The notes beneath the pieces are model-generated. The model was not told where the DNA came from. It made no database searches and saw only the letters and a list, made by a program, of their open reading frames with translations. Both the position numbers and the translations under genes were made by a program. Shown here in pieces: positions 12,371 to 24,480 of a stretch of DNA of 64,000 nt (positions within the stretch are counted from its first letter, which is position 1; every line of letters begins with the position of its first letter). This DNA is from Octopus vulgaris (taxonomy: Eukaryota), in assembly GCA_951406725.2 (NCBI GenBank), contig OX597830.1, forward strand, positions 13,144,001 through 13,208,000, written 5' to 3'.

Positions 12371-12436
12371 GTATATAAAAACAATTGCTATTTACATCTT
12401 TTTTTTGTTGTATTTCTCTAATGAAAATAACAATGA

Positions 12437-12946
12437 ATCATCATCATCATCATCGTTTAACATCCGCTTCCCATGCTAGCATGGGTTGGACGGTTCAACT
12501 GGGGTCTGGGAAGCCCGAAGGCTGCACCAGGCCAGTCTGATCTGGCAGTGTTTCTACAGCTGGATGCCCTTCCTAACGCCAACCACTCCGTGTGTGTAGT
12601 GGGTGCTTTTTACGTGCCACCGGCACGGAAGCCAGTCGAGGCGGTGCTGGCTTCGGCCACGAATTGGATAGTGCTTTTTACGTACCACCAGTCCAGGGGT
12701 CCTGGCATCTGCCGGGTGCCAGTCATAGGAATGGTTCAATTTCGATTCCAATTCCAATTCCGATTTCGTCACTACACTACACGTTTGGAGTGGTTCGCGT
12801 TAGGAAGGGCATCCAGCTGTAGAAACTCTGCCAGATCAAGATTGGAGCCTGGTGCGGCCGTTTGGTTTGCCAGCCCTCAGTCAAAATTGTCCAACCCATG
12901 CTAGCATGGAAGGTGGACGTTAAACGATGCTGATGATGATGATGAT
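12437..12946. repeat. Head-to-head pair of RTE 3'-tail fragments
   Basis: Minus-oriented copy 12437-~12770 and plus-oriented copy ~12772-12946; tails point outward and the arms come from different subfamilies. Confidence 0.88.
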
Positions 12947-13586
12947 AACCATTTCTCAATGCTAATGTGTGATGTGTAGGTTTATAAGCCAGAACTTGAT
13001 TTGCTTTTCCAGAACCAAGAGTTTTTTTTTCATGGTTACAACATAATGTTGATGGCTGGATTTCAGTCTGAATCGATGTTAATTTCTCAAACATCATTCA
13101 AATTTTAACTACAAAACCCCATTCTCTTTTCAAAGAGGTTCACTGAGCATTTATTTTTCACAGTTAGTGACATATTGTTATCCAAATCACTTATTGTTTT
13201 AGCTTAAGTTTATTTCATGCTACCATTAGTTGCACAGTCATTTCCCTTGTGTTGTTCTTAGATCTAAACTCCTGACTTCTTTGCTCTCAACTCAGTAAAA
13301 ATGTTAAAAAATTGGATTAGTGCTTTGTGTAGAGAATACCTCATATTTTGGACAAAACTCTCAAATGTTGAAGATATAATCTATGAATAGAGTGAGAGAA
13401 AAGGAGTGAAGGTATAGAAAAAAGATGAAGAGATAGAAAAATAATGATCTGAAGGGTTGGATGCAAATTGTGACTTGGCAGATACAGAAATTGGTAGCAT
13501 TCTTCAGCTTTCAGAATCCTTTTTATCAAACATGTTCCATCTCTTTGCGTTACATATCCTAACTGCTATACAGTGTTTACATGTCA

Positions 13587-13950
13587 TCTCTATATATATA
13601 AATGGCAAAATGTCTGTGTGTGTGTCCTTTATACAAATCCACAATTTTTCAGTTAGATGGCTCGCACTTTCTATGGTCATTCAAAACCATCCAAGGGTGG
13701 TCATGCACATCTTTACATTTCCCCAGTCACCCCGCAAGACCATTAAAAATTCAATAGAAGTGACTTTTTTGTGAATTTTCTATCCAAAACCCAATCAAAA
13801 TGCCCGAAACTTGGTATGCCAATTGAATGCCAGCTAGCTGTATGTGATTGGTCAGAGATTTGGACAGTACTCGCGTGTGTGTGTGCACGCATGCAGCTGT
13901 ATATGCATGCACTAGCACTATAATCTGGCGTTGCCGGGTCATAGTGCTAG
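13587..13950 (+). mobile_element. Non-autonomous Helitron
   Basis: Inserted at A|T; 5' TCTCTATATATATAAA, 3' hairpin CTGGC-GTT-GCCGG then CTAG; no TSD. Confidence 0.8.
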
Positions 13951-14305
13951 TCTGAAAATAAGTATAATTTAAATGTAAGAAATGTTAGTGTGTCTTTTGG
14001 TAAACTTATGAAAGGTAGACGTGTCTTTTGAAGAGGAACTATAAGGGTGGAATCGAGTCTACTGTAACTCTATTCACAATCCATGCGAATGTACTTGAGG
14101 GAAATATATTTGTCTCAGCATTGAGTCATCTCATGAGGTGTGTTCATATTAGCTTTAGAACATGTTTGAATGAAAGCTTGTTCATTTTATATCGTTTTAT
14201 TGTGCATTCTATTTCCTACCAGTACATTGTTTCATTGCGATAATAATTCATTGCGATAAAACACAGATTTAAGGAGTGGATCCTATTTTGTAAATATTTA
14301 GCATC

Positions 14306-14463
14306 GAGTGGCTGTGTGGTAAGTAGCTTGCTAACCAACCACATGGATCCGGGTTCAGTCCCACTGCGTGGCATCTTGGGCAAGTGTCTTCTGCTATAGC
14401 CCCGGGCCGACCAATGCCTTGTGAGTGGATTTGGTAAACGGAAATTGAAAGAAGCCTGTCGTA

Positions 14464-14522
<59 letters not shown>

Positions 14523-14724
14523 ATGTGTCCCCCTAGCATTGCTTGACAACCGATGCTGGTGTGTTTATGTCCCCGTCACTTAGCGGTTCGGCAAAAGAGA
14601 CTGATAGAATAAGTACTGGGCTTACAAAGAATAAGTCCCGGGGTTGATTTGCTCGACTAAAGGCGGTGCTCCAGCATGGCCGCAGTCAAATGACTGAAAC
14701 AAGTAAAAGAGTAAAAGAGTAAAG
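14306..14724 (+). mobile_element. SINE family A with expanded (TA)n
   Basis: High identity to 70..462; (TA)n at about 14463-14518. Confidence 0.88.
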
Positions 14725-14899
14725 AGATGTTTGATGTGTTGCGTCTAAGGAACAGTAGTGATATAAACAATTGGACTCTTATAAATGTTGAGAGTAATTC
14801 ATTGAGCTTGGGAATTATGTAGATAATCGCATGAGAACATGGCTTGGCTGTATTGAAGCTATTCCCACTTGCAACATCCATTATTCGAAGCTGTTCTTT

Positions 14900-15730
14900 A
14901 TCAATGCTACATGCTGACCTCATTATCTTCATCATTTTTACATCCGTTTTTCTGTGCTCGCATTGGTTGGAAGGATCTCCCTCAGCACAGTGTTTCACCA
15001 TTTGCTGTACTCCCTCATCATCTCCTTTGCAAGGTTCACCACCCTGAGGTTAGCCCTCACCTCTTCTTGCTCAGTTGTTCCCTAGGATAATTGGCACTTC
15101 TTTACCCATCTGTTATCCTCCATACGCATCACAGCTTTGTATCAGTTCAGTTTCATCTCTTACATGCCACAGCTGATTCCTCTTATACTCAGTGTATCTC
15201 TCCTCTCTTTTGTACCCTGTTGTTTGTCCACACATACATTACACATACATTGCCTTGTTTCTTTGCAGTTTCCACATATTCCCTGCATTCAATACCTACG
15301 TGTTCTTACATTGCAACATCACACTTTGTGCACAAGGCTTAAACACTTTATTGTCAGCAGAGATAAAAACTCCTCAAGCATTTCTCCATCCCGTTTTTAT
15401 TCTTTCCACTATGCTTCACTGCTAATTACATTTTCTGGGTAACTAAAACTATTGGCTGCTTCTAGAGAGCCTTGCTCCCATACTGCTTCCACATACAAAG
15501 TTTTCATTCCCAGTCAGCCTGCCTGTGATCTTATTGTACTTGTGCATCTTAACTGGATATGTTGGATGGACCTTTTACCTAATCCTTTTCTTCATATTAA
15601 GTTTGGTCACATCCCAAATAGTTGAAAAGTCCTGTCTTCTTTTTTACCATAGGCCTCTGGATTTTAAGCTTTGCTTCCATGTTTGGAATTACTTTTCTAA
15701 ATTTTTGGCATACAAGAGTTTCCATGGTTA
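14900..15730 (-). mobile_element. Degenerate RTE LINE C-terminal region
   Basis: Reverse-strand similarity to the RTE C-terminal sequence at 23480-24000 and 46890-47200; heavily decayed. Confidence 0.55.
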
Positions 15731-16299
15731 GTCTGTATTAAAATCTTTTAATGACCTGGAGAACTATAATAAATAGAAAGGGGTTGAGAACCAAGTGCTG
15801 ATGGTTGACTCATTGAACTCATTAGGTTTGTATTTGAGTAAATTATTGACTGGATTGTGTAAGAATATGTACCAAGTTGAAACCTACTGTCTAAAAGTAT
15901 TTCATCCGTTGCCAGCCTCGCATGGCACCTGTGCCAGTGGCACGTAAAAGCACCCACTACACTCACAGAGTGGTTGGTGTTAGGAAGAGCATCCAGCTGT
16001 AGAAACACTGCCAAATCAGACTGGAGCCTTGGGTTTGTATTTGAATAAATTATTGACTGAATTGTGTAAGAATATGTACCAAGTTGAAATCTACTGTGTA
16101 AAAGTATTTCATTAATGATTATTGCTTTATGTTGATATCATTAAGCTTTTACTACCAGTCAAGTATCTACTAGTGAATTTAGTTGAGAACAACTGATCTC
16201 GAAGATGGTTGCCTGAAATTTCTGTTTCTATATTTTTTTTAGACATTTTACCCTGTTACTCAGGTTTGGAAGAGAGAAAAGATCTTATGATAAAATGCT

Positions 16300-19200
16300 T
16301 TGAACTTTTTACTGTTAGGCTTGGAGTAGTACTGTAGAAACATCCATAAAAACCTGAGAGACAAACCAGGAAAGATTGAAAGAAAGCAGGCAACAGGGAG
16401 CAATAGGAAGTAGCTAGAAGAGAGGAGAGAAGGGGAGAAGCAGAATACAAGAAACCAACACATGTTCTGTGATGTCAGGATGAGAGAGGCATGAGGTGTT
16501 TCTGGATTGCAAAGTACTCCACTCTATATCGGCATGGGAGATGGATGTTAAAGGATAATGTTCATGAGAAAGCCAGGATGTCATGGGAGAGAAGTGTATT
16601 CAGGATGAAGCAGTACCTGCACACTTTTACTGATACTGGAAAGAAAACTGCAGAGAAGTGCCATTATGAAAGATTAATTGAATGAGGGCAGTGCATAGGT
16701 GAGAAATTGTCTACTCTAAGTAGACTAACAGAAAGATCAATCACCCAAGTCATGTAAAGTAAGAATATGAGTGATTAAGAATATGAAGTCAGGAAATGTA
16801 GGGTCCATCAGGTATAGTCACTACAATGCTGAATATCTACCAAAGTAGGCCATTCACTTGTTGTAATCAGGTGATACAGGAAGGTTTTATACTCACTGAT
16901 TGTTGCAGCAATATCATCAAACACTGCTATACTAGAGATGCACGAGGGGGAAAAAACTGGCGAGGCATCAAACTGATGGACCAGGTTATGAAAGTTACTA
17001 AAGTGTTAGAGCACAGCTGAATAGAAAGAATTAACCACGATGAGAAGCAGTTCAGTTTTATGCTAGGAAGAGTTACTATTGGTGCCATTTTTTTCTGTTT
17101 AGATAACTGCAGAAGTACTTAGCTAGGAGTAATCTGCTTTGTGTAGTATTCTTCAGCCTAAAAGAGGTCTTTGGCAGTGTTCTATGCTTGGTAATGTTGC
17201 AGCTGTTATGAGATCCATGGAGCAGATGATTGGTCTGTGAGGGCCATACAAACCATGTACGGAGATGCAGTTAACAAGGTGAAAGTAAGCAGTGATGTAT
17301 TTAGTGTGCCAATAATGGGTGTGCACCAAGGTTCAGTCCTCAGCTATCTGTTTTTGTTGTACCCCTATAGGCAATAACAGAATTTTTAGCTGTCTTTCTT
17401 TCAAAATTCCTATAGGCTAATAACCTAGTTTTTATTACCTGAATCTGTAGTTGAGTTAGAGAAGAAATTCTAGATTTGGTCTCAAAGGAAAGTTAGCTTT
17501 CTTTTGAAGTTTTTCAGAGACAGACTGAAGACAGAACTATGATACCTATTTCTTTACTACCCACAAGGGGCTAAACACAGAGAGGACAAACAAGGACAGA
17601 CAAACGGATTAAGTCGATTATATCGACCCCAGTGCGTAACTGGTACTTATTTAATCGACCCCGAAAGGATGAAAGGCAAAGTTGACCTCGGCGGAATTTG
17701 AACTCAGAACATAAAGACTGACGAAATACCACTAAGCATTTCGCCCGGCATGCTAATGTTTCTGCCAGCTCGCTAACATTTCTGCCATAGAAGACAGAAC
17801 TATGATACCATTGGAGAAAAGTTTAGGCTTGATATGTAGTTAAGGAATAGGCAGAAATTCTATAGAGCAATCTTATAGATGTTGTGGGATGACAGGTAAG
17901 CTAACTGATAAGATAGATACTGTGTGTAGCTAATGCATAGGAGCGGTAGGAATAAGAGCTCACATGAAATAGATTCTTTCCAGTGTTTGGTTTGGAAGGC
18001 ACACTAGACGTCATTGATAGCTTTTGTTGCTTGGTGGTGAGTTAAAATGAATGTTCTGAAAGCATAAGCTTTTGTAAGAATGGTCTGGAAAAAGTTTACA
18101 GAACTATTGCCTCTGCTAGTATAATAGGCACATCCTTCTTTGGAGTAAACGGTAGATTGTATGGTACTGCTGAATGGTTGTGAGATGTGGGCCTTGAATG
18201 CAAAGGAAGCGAACATACTGTGTTTGAATGTTTGATATTAGTCTGCCTGAAACAGTAAAGAGGCTGGGAGAAAAACTGGATGCAAGATAAATCAGACATA
18301 GTTTGCAAGAGAGAAAACTGCTTTGGTATGGACAAATGATAGATAGCCATATCAAGAAGTGCAGGACATTCAAAATAGATGGAATTTGAGGGAGAGAGAG
18401 AGACACACAAGAAAACATGGGATGAAGTAAAAACTGATTTCGGGAGGCTGTCCTTCATGAGGGAGAAGACAGTGGAGTCTGGTGACTGTCGATGCTGGAG
18501 AAAACTGAGTTACATGAGGATGCATGGAGAAAAGAACATTAGAAGGATGGTATTGATGGAGGTTCAAAAGTACGATATTTGTATTTGTGTCTCTTGCCAA
18601 CCAGTATGTCCCTATTGAGTCCTCATCTCTTGTTACTCTTCTCTTTTCCCTGATGCTTTCTCATCTTGCTATCACTGGCATTTCTATCACCTGCTCCTTT
18701 CTCCACTTATCCTCTTCCTTATTCACTCTACCAAACCCTTCATATAACTAAGGTTGGTGGTAGATCTTATCTATGGCCACCTGTCCATATTCTGCCAAAT
18801 AACTATTGTTACTCTGCTACCTCCTTTTCCCAACATGATATTTATCATCATCATCATCGTTTAACGTCCGCTTTCCATGCTAGCATGGATTGGATGGTTC
18901 AACTGGGGTCTGGGAAGCCTGAAGGCTGCACCAGGCCAGTCAGATCTGGCAGATGTGTGTAAGATTGCTTTGAATCTGCTTACATCCAACACAACAAACT
19001 ATCACTCCCTTCTCTACTATCAACCATAACCTGTGCACTCTTCTCCCAGGCCATTTGCTGTTGACATCCATTGTTCACTCCTCATTGTCACCCATCTCTG
19101 TTACTCTCCAGTAATTTCTTCCCATCCACCAACCAACAGTGTCACTGTCTCTCTCCCTGCTTTTACTGTCCCACTCTTCCATTATTCCATCCACCATTCT

Positions 19201-19710
19201 GTCACCTCTATTACACTTACTTTTACTACCCATTCATGTCAATCACCTTTTTTTCCCCTATCATACTCTTACTCCCTTCTCCCATTCACCCTGGTTCATT
19301 CTTTTTCCCCTTTATCACAATGTGATAGTAGTATAGCAAAGGCTGTTTAGTCTGACAGGGTACTAGGCAACTCACATGATAAAATGAACCCAATATACTG
19401 TGTAAAATGATTGGCATATGAGTGGAGACAACACAGGGTCGTGAAGAAACTCTTTAGTTCTGCTGAGGACATGACAGTCTCTCTAGTGCTGGTGCCACAA
19501 TAAAATTCACTTAGTTCATTCTGCAATGTGGTTGATGTTAGGAAGAGTGTCCAACCAAGAGAAACCATGTCAGTAATTGTATGTATCAGTGAGGTATAGT
19601 CCTCTAACCTTTCTGCATGTGCAGTTTGCTTTGAATAAGAACTGATCCACACTGACCATCTCTCCAATGCATACCAGCATGGAAAGTGGTTGTAAAGATA
19701 TGATGATGTT
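16300..19710 (+). mobile_element. Long degenerate RTE LINE (RT, C-terminus, pyrimidine-rich 3' UTR and tail)
   Basis: NWRGIKLMDQVMKVT at ~16955, GVHQGSVLS at ~17318, C-terminal KKTWDEVKTD at ~18410, and tail GGAAAGTGGTTGTAAAGATATGATGATG at ~19680-19708, ending about 75 nt before exon F. Confidence 0.78.
17547..17789 (-). mobile_element. SINE family B with a 20-bp TSD
   Basis: GAAGACAGAACTATGATACC at 17527-17546 and 17790-17809; CpG-rich body, so probably young. Confidence 0.9.
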
Positions 19711-19784
19711 ATAATTGGTTAAATTTGATTGTTTATTGACTGTTAATAAATTTTTTTTTTTTCACCTTTTATTGTCTTTTTCAG

Positions 19785-20008
19785 CTGTAAAGAAAGGTAG
19801 TTTAGAAATGTTTAACGAAGTATTGGAGAAATTTGGTACTAAATTTCAAGCTGAAAACACATATACACTGATTATCAGACTGCGGCACAATGTTATTAAA
19901 ACTGGTGTACGTATGATTAACGTATCTTACTCCAGAATATCATTGAAAGACATTGCTCAAAAGTTACTACTGGATACCTATGAGGATGCTGAATACATTG
20001 TAGCAAAG
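19785..20008 (+). CDS. PSMD3: PSMD3 internal exon F (PCI domain)
   Basis: tctttttcag acceptor and AAG|gtaagt donor; 224 nt. Encodes [75 protein letters not shown]. Exons A-F total 915 nt with no stop. Confidence 0.97.
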
Positions 20009-21099
20009 GTAAGTGTTGTTTGTTATGCTTGACTGCTTCTTGTTACTGAAGACATGATAAAAATGCAGGGAAAAAAGAAATCCTTTATTTGGCTACAAAG
20101 AAATTAAATGGTTCTGTAATAGACTATATCTTTTATTGAATTATTGCATTCTCTTTGAGTTACACCAATAAGCAACTCGTTTTAATTGTATGAGTACAGC
20201 TAGGAAATTGAAATGTAAAAACATTTCATTAAGAATGATTTAAAAAAAATTTCTCGAGAGTTACCAAAAGAAAACACTTATAGAGAACAAGGAAAACCAT
20301 GATGTTTTGGTCAGTTAGCTTTATATAAAAAATATTTAAAAAAATTACTTTAATGAATGCCTAACTGTATTGCTTTTATCTTAGACATCTGGCCAAGAGT
20401 GTTAATTGCCTTGTAAAATAAACCAAATAAAGTAATTAGCAAGTTATTCAGAAATATATGCAGCACAATTACTAAAAGACCCAAAATGACATTTACAAGT
20501 GTTTCAGTGTTGGCTAACATTTTATAATATTCTCTATTTAGTGTTTTACATAAAAGAAAAAAAACAGTATCTCTGAAAAATGACCTGAAAATATTTTTTT
20601 AATTATTTAAAATCCTCCTCCTCATCATCATTATCATCGATATTTAATGTACGTTTTCCATGTTGGCATGGGTAGGATGGCTTGACAGAAACTAGCAAGG
20701 CCAGGTGCTGCACCAGGTCCCCTAGTCTGTTTTGGCTCCATTTCTATGGCTGGATGCCCCTCCTAATGCCAACCATTCTACAGAGTGTACTGTGTGCTTT
20801 TTACGTGGCACCATCACCAGTGCTTTGTAATTGGTACCAGCATCCACGCCAATACTTCTTATATTTTTAACATGGTACCTTGGTTTTAGGATCTCAATTC
20901 TGTTGTGGGTGGGTCTTCTTGAGTACATTAATTTATGTTATACTGTCTCAATTATAGTTCATGCAATTTTTTTTTTCTTTTAAATTTTATCAAACATCAC
21001 TGAAGAGGTTTAAAACTGGTTATTTATGGCAACTTCTGTGTGCCAGTCATGTAGTCTTCAAACCTGAATTTGTTGTATTAAACAAGACATTCCAAATGT

Positions 21100-21830
21100 G
21101 AAAGCAAAGCCTAAAGAGAGCTTAAACCTAATAGAGGAAACAAAAATATTATTTGTAAGAGAGAAGACAAAACTCATCTGCCATTTGGGAAGTAGCCATA
21201 CTCAATATTGGAGAAAAAGAAATGGTAAAAATTCCATAAGTGTACGCAGTGTAAACTATAAAAGGTGCAATGGGGTGTTATGCAGGCTGACAAAGAAGGA
21301 AAACTTTGTTACTCACAGTAATAGGTAGCATTAAGAGCACTCATAAAATGAATTCCCTTAAATGTTAGTCAAAATTTTCTAAAAGTATTGGTAATTTCTG
21401 TTACCTTGGGAACTTAATCAGCAGTGAAAATGGAAATCTGAAAGCATGGCAACCAGAGTGGGATAGATAAAGTTTGGGGAGCGTTTATCTCTGCTGGCAA
21501 CCATATAATTCTTTTTCTCAGTGAAAGACAGATTGTACGATGTTTAAATACCAAATGTTTGTGAAACAGGGAAATTGAATTCAGGGGATATATACGAAGG
21601 CGGGAGAAAAATGGGATTTGCATTGCTCTGTTGGTTATATCTTTATTAATGTACACACATGAATAGAGTGCACAAATTTACTGAGAAAACAATTTTAGAT
21701 GTAAGAGTAAATGGATGAAGCCAGCAAGAGAAAAGGCAGTTTTGGTTCTGACATGATAGTTAAGTAATGAAAGCTGAAGATTATAAAGGACCATGACACG
21801 AGGCAAGACGTTTTGTTGGAAAGACTCATC
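21100..21830 (+). mobile_element. Degenerate RTE LINE C-terminal relic
   Basis: Decayed FCYLGNLISS and SLRVKGRLYD-like segments and a Cys-rich patch (KNSISVRSVNYKRCNG). Confidence 0.6.
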
Positions 21831-22517
21831 CGTGCAAACAGGAATTTGGACAGTTAAATTCACATCAAATTAATGTTTGATTCACATCAAATTCACATCA
21901 AATTAATATGAAGTGCGTTATTGATTAAAGGGAGAGCATTTGTTTATTAAATTTCGAAATTATCCCCCATGAAGCATAAGAGCCTAAGGCTGCAGATACA
22001 TTGAATATAATTATATGAACTTGAAATACTACTTAGGTATTTCAAAACCTGTAAAATAAACAAATGGTTTATTACAGATGTCATAAATAACAATTATCCG
22101 CCAGTTAAATGAATTTTTTTTTTTGAATTACAAGAAAATGTTAAGTAAATACTGATTAAATAACTAATGTATATTTAAAAATCTATATTATATAAATATA
22201 TACTGAAAATCTGCTTAAAACAGAGACAGTGTTAAAAAATGAACAAATCAGTTGTTGGTTAAGGTTCTCAAATATTTATTGAGATCCGCATGGAAAGCGG
22301 ACGCTAAACGATGATAATGATGATATAATTATTAAATTCATCAGTCATAGTATAGATAAACAAACTCAGCGTTTCAAAAGGCATACTAAAAACTATTGTC
22401 GTTGGGAAGAGTCTAATGAAGTCTATAAACATAGTTCCCAGTTTTTGTTTGTCTGTATTTCACTTCCTTTTCTTTCTCCAAAGCAATTGCCTGTGTCCAC
22501 CAAAATATTTTTCACTA

Positions 22518-22815
22518 CATGCCAGTAACATGTAAGAGGCTCTCCTGTGTTGGTGACACATAAGAGGCACCTGCATCAATGATGCGTAAAAGTTTCCCAT
22601 GTCAGTGACATGTAAAAGGCACCTGTGCTGATGACATGTAAAAGACACCCACTACACTCTGCAGAGTGGTTGGCATTAGGAAGGGCATTCAGCCATAAAA
22701 ACCAAGCCAAAACAGACTGGCACCTGGTGCAGTTCTCTGGCTTACCAGTTCCAGTCAAACTGTCTTACCCAAGCCAGCATGGAAAATGGATGCTGAATGA
22801 TGATGATTATGATGA
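22518..22815 (+). mobile_element. RTE 3' UTR fragment with five tandem ~26-bp modules
   Basis: Module array 22518-22650, then GAGTGGTTGGCATTAGGAAGGGCAT and a (GAT)n tail. Confidence 0.8.
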
Positions 22816-23294
22816 CATTTACCTGTATATAGGTGTATATTATTAAATGCTCAATTTTTAGTTTTTAACTGATTTCACTATTATATTTTATTTTTTATGA
22901 GTGTGAGTTAATGACATCCGTGAATATTCACTTTGTTTCCTTTTATTGTAACTAACTTCTGAACACATTTGTATTTGTGTTTTTCCACTTCGGTTGTTTT
23001 TGGACTTATTTTGTAATTAGACAGGTGGATTGATACACAACTCATTTTCCACATTAAATATGTGGGTCTGAGCTGCCTCCTGTATTTGTACAGTTTCTGT
23101 AATCTGTCGTAAGGTTGGGTCTTTTGGATGATTGAAAAAACTTTTTACTTCATCATTTTTCTTTTTATTAAACCGTTGTGTTCCTGTACAGCATATTGAT
23201 AGCACACGGATGCTGGTTCCATGTAATATGTTCTGCATTCCTTTCATATGAGCTGAGGGAAGTTTCTCCTTTGTACATTATGGTGATGTCCCCT

Positions 23295-24480
23295 ACATCA
23301 GTGATACAGTGAGCATGGCAGTGAGGGCAAGAAAGGGGATAAGAAAACAATCATGATGTATGAAGAGGAAATGTGAAGAAGAGAAAGATGCAATTAGAAG
23401 TGGAGTTGTAGTTTGATTTCTTTGGGTAGAGGGTGAAAAGTGTGTTGTTACTTGTGGGTGGAACACAACTCTTCTTGTACTCAGTTTCGTGGATGGGTCT
23501 TCCCTAGGACTTCATATTGCCAAACATCTTGGTCTTCTATCATTTCCTCCGTGAGCCCCAACATCCTAAGATCAGTCCTCACCACTTCATCCCATATTTT
23601 CCTAGGTCTCCCTCTTCCACAGGTACCACCCACTTTCAGTGACAGGCACTTCTGTATACTGCTGCCTTCACTCATACGTATCATATGTCCAAACCAATAC
23701 AATAATCCTCTCCTGCATACCACGTTTAATCCCTCTTATGCCCAAGTTTTCTCTCAACACAGTTGTGCTTTGTCGGTCATGCACGCTGATGTTGAAAATC
23801 AAATGGAGCATACTACCTTCATTCCTCTCCAATCTGTGCGTGTCCTCCACACTCAGAGCCCACGTCTCACTACCATGTAACACAGCTGTTCTCACACAAG
23901 CATCATACAACCTACCTTTCACTCTGAGAGAGAGAGTCCTTTTGCTGCCAACAGAGGTAGTAGTTCTCTGAACTTCCTCCACCCTATTCTTGAGCATCCA
24001 CCACCATTACTAATTTAGTCACCTAAATAGCAAAAACTATCTACTACCTCAAGAGAATATCTTGGGAACTTGAGAGAGTTTAACCCTTTAGTGTTCAGAT
24101 TATTCTGTCAAATGTGATGTTTGTTTATTTAAAATGGTTTGAATTAATCATGCATTATCTTGTAGTTTAGAGATTTCAGTGATGTGATTTTTTTAGTTTT
24201 AGAATGACATGGTAGGGCTGAGGTGAGAGGTGAGATCTGGTCAGTTTCAATATAAAACAGGTTAAATATTTTGGCCAGATATGGCTGGTTTGAATGCTAA
24301 AGGGTTAAGTCCCTCAAGCAACCTTATCTGATAACCTTCCCACAATTCCACTGCATCTCTTATGCGTCCATAGGTTACACTTGGTGTAGCAAATGGAATT
24401 ATGTCCCTCTCATTTCCTACATATTGAATGAACAAGGCCATTTGCCAGTCGGAACAAGAGTCTTATCTTCTTTTTTGCTA
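23295..24480 (-). mobile_element. RTE LINE C-terminus plus 3' UTR
   Basis: ORFs 23668..23997 (SLRVKGRLYDACVRTAVLHGSETW) and 23481..23723 (GRGRPRKIWDEVV). 23295-23645 is homologous to 55680-56030. Confidence 0.88.
24084..24304. mobile_element. piggyBac-type MITE P1 nested in RTE
   Basis: TTAA flanks and CCCTTTAG TIRs. Confidence 0.88.
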
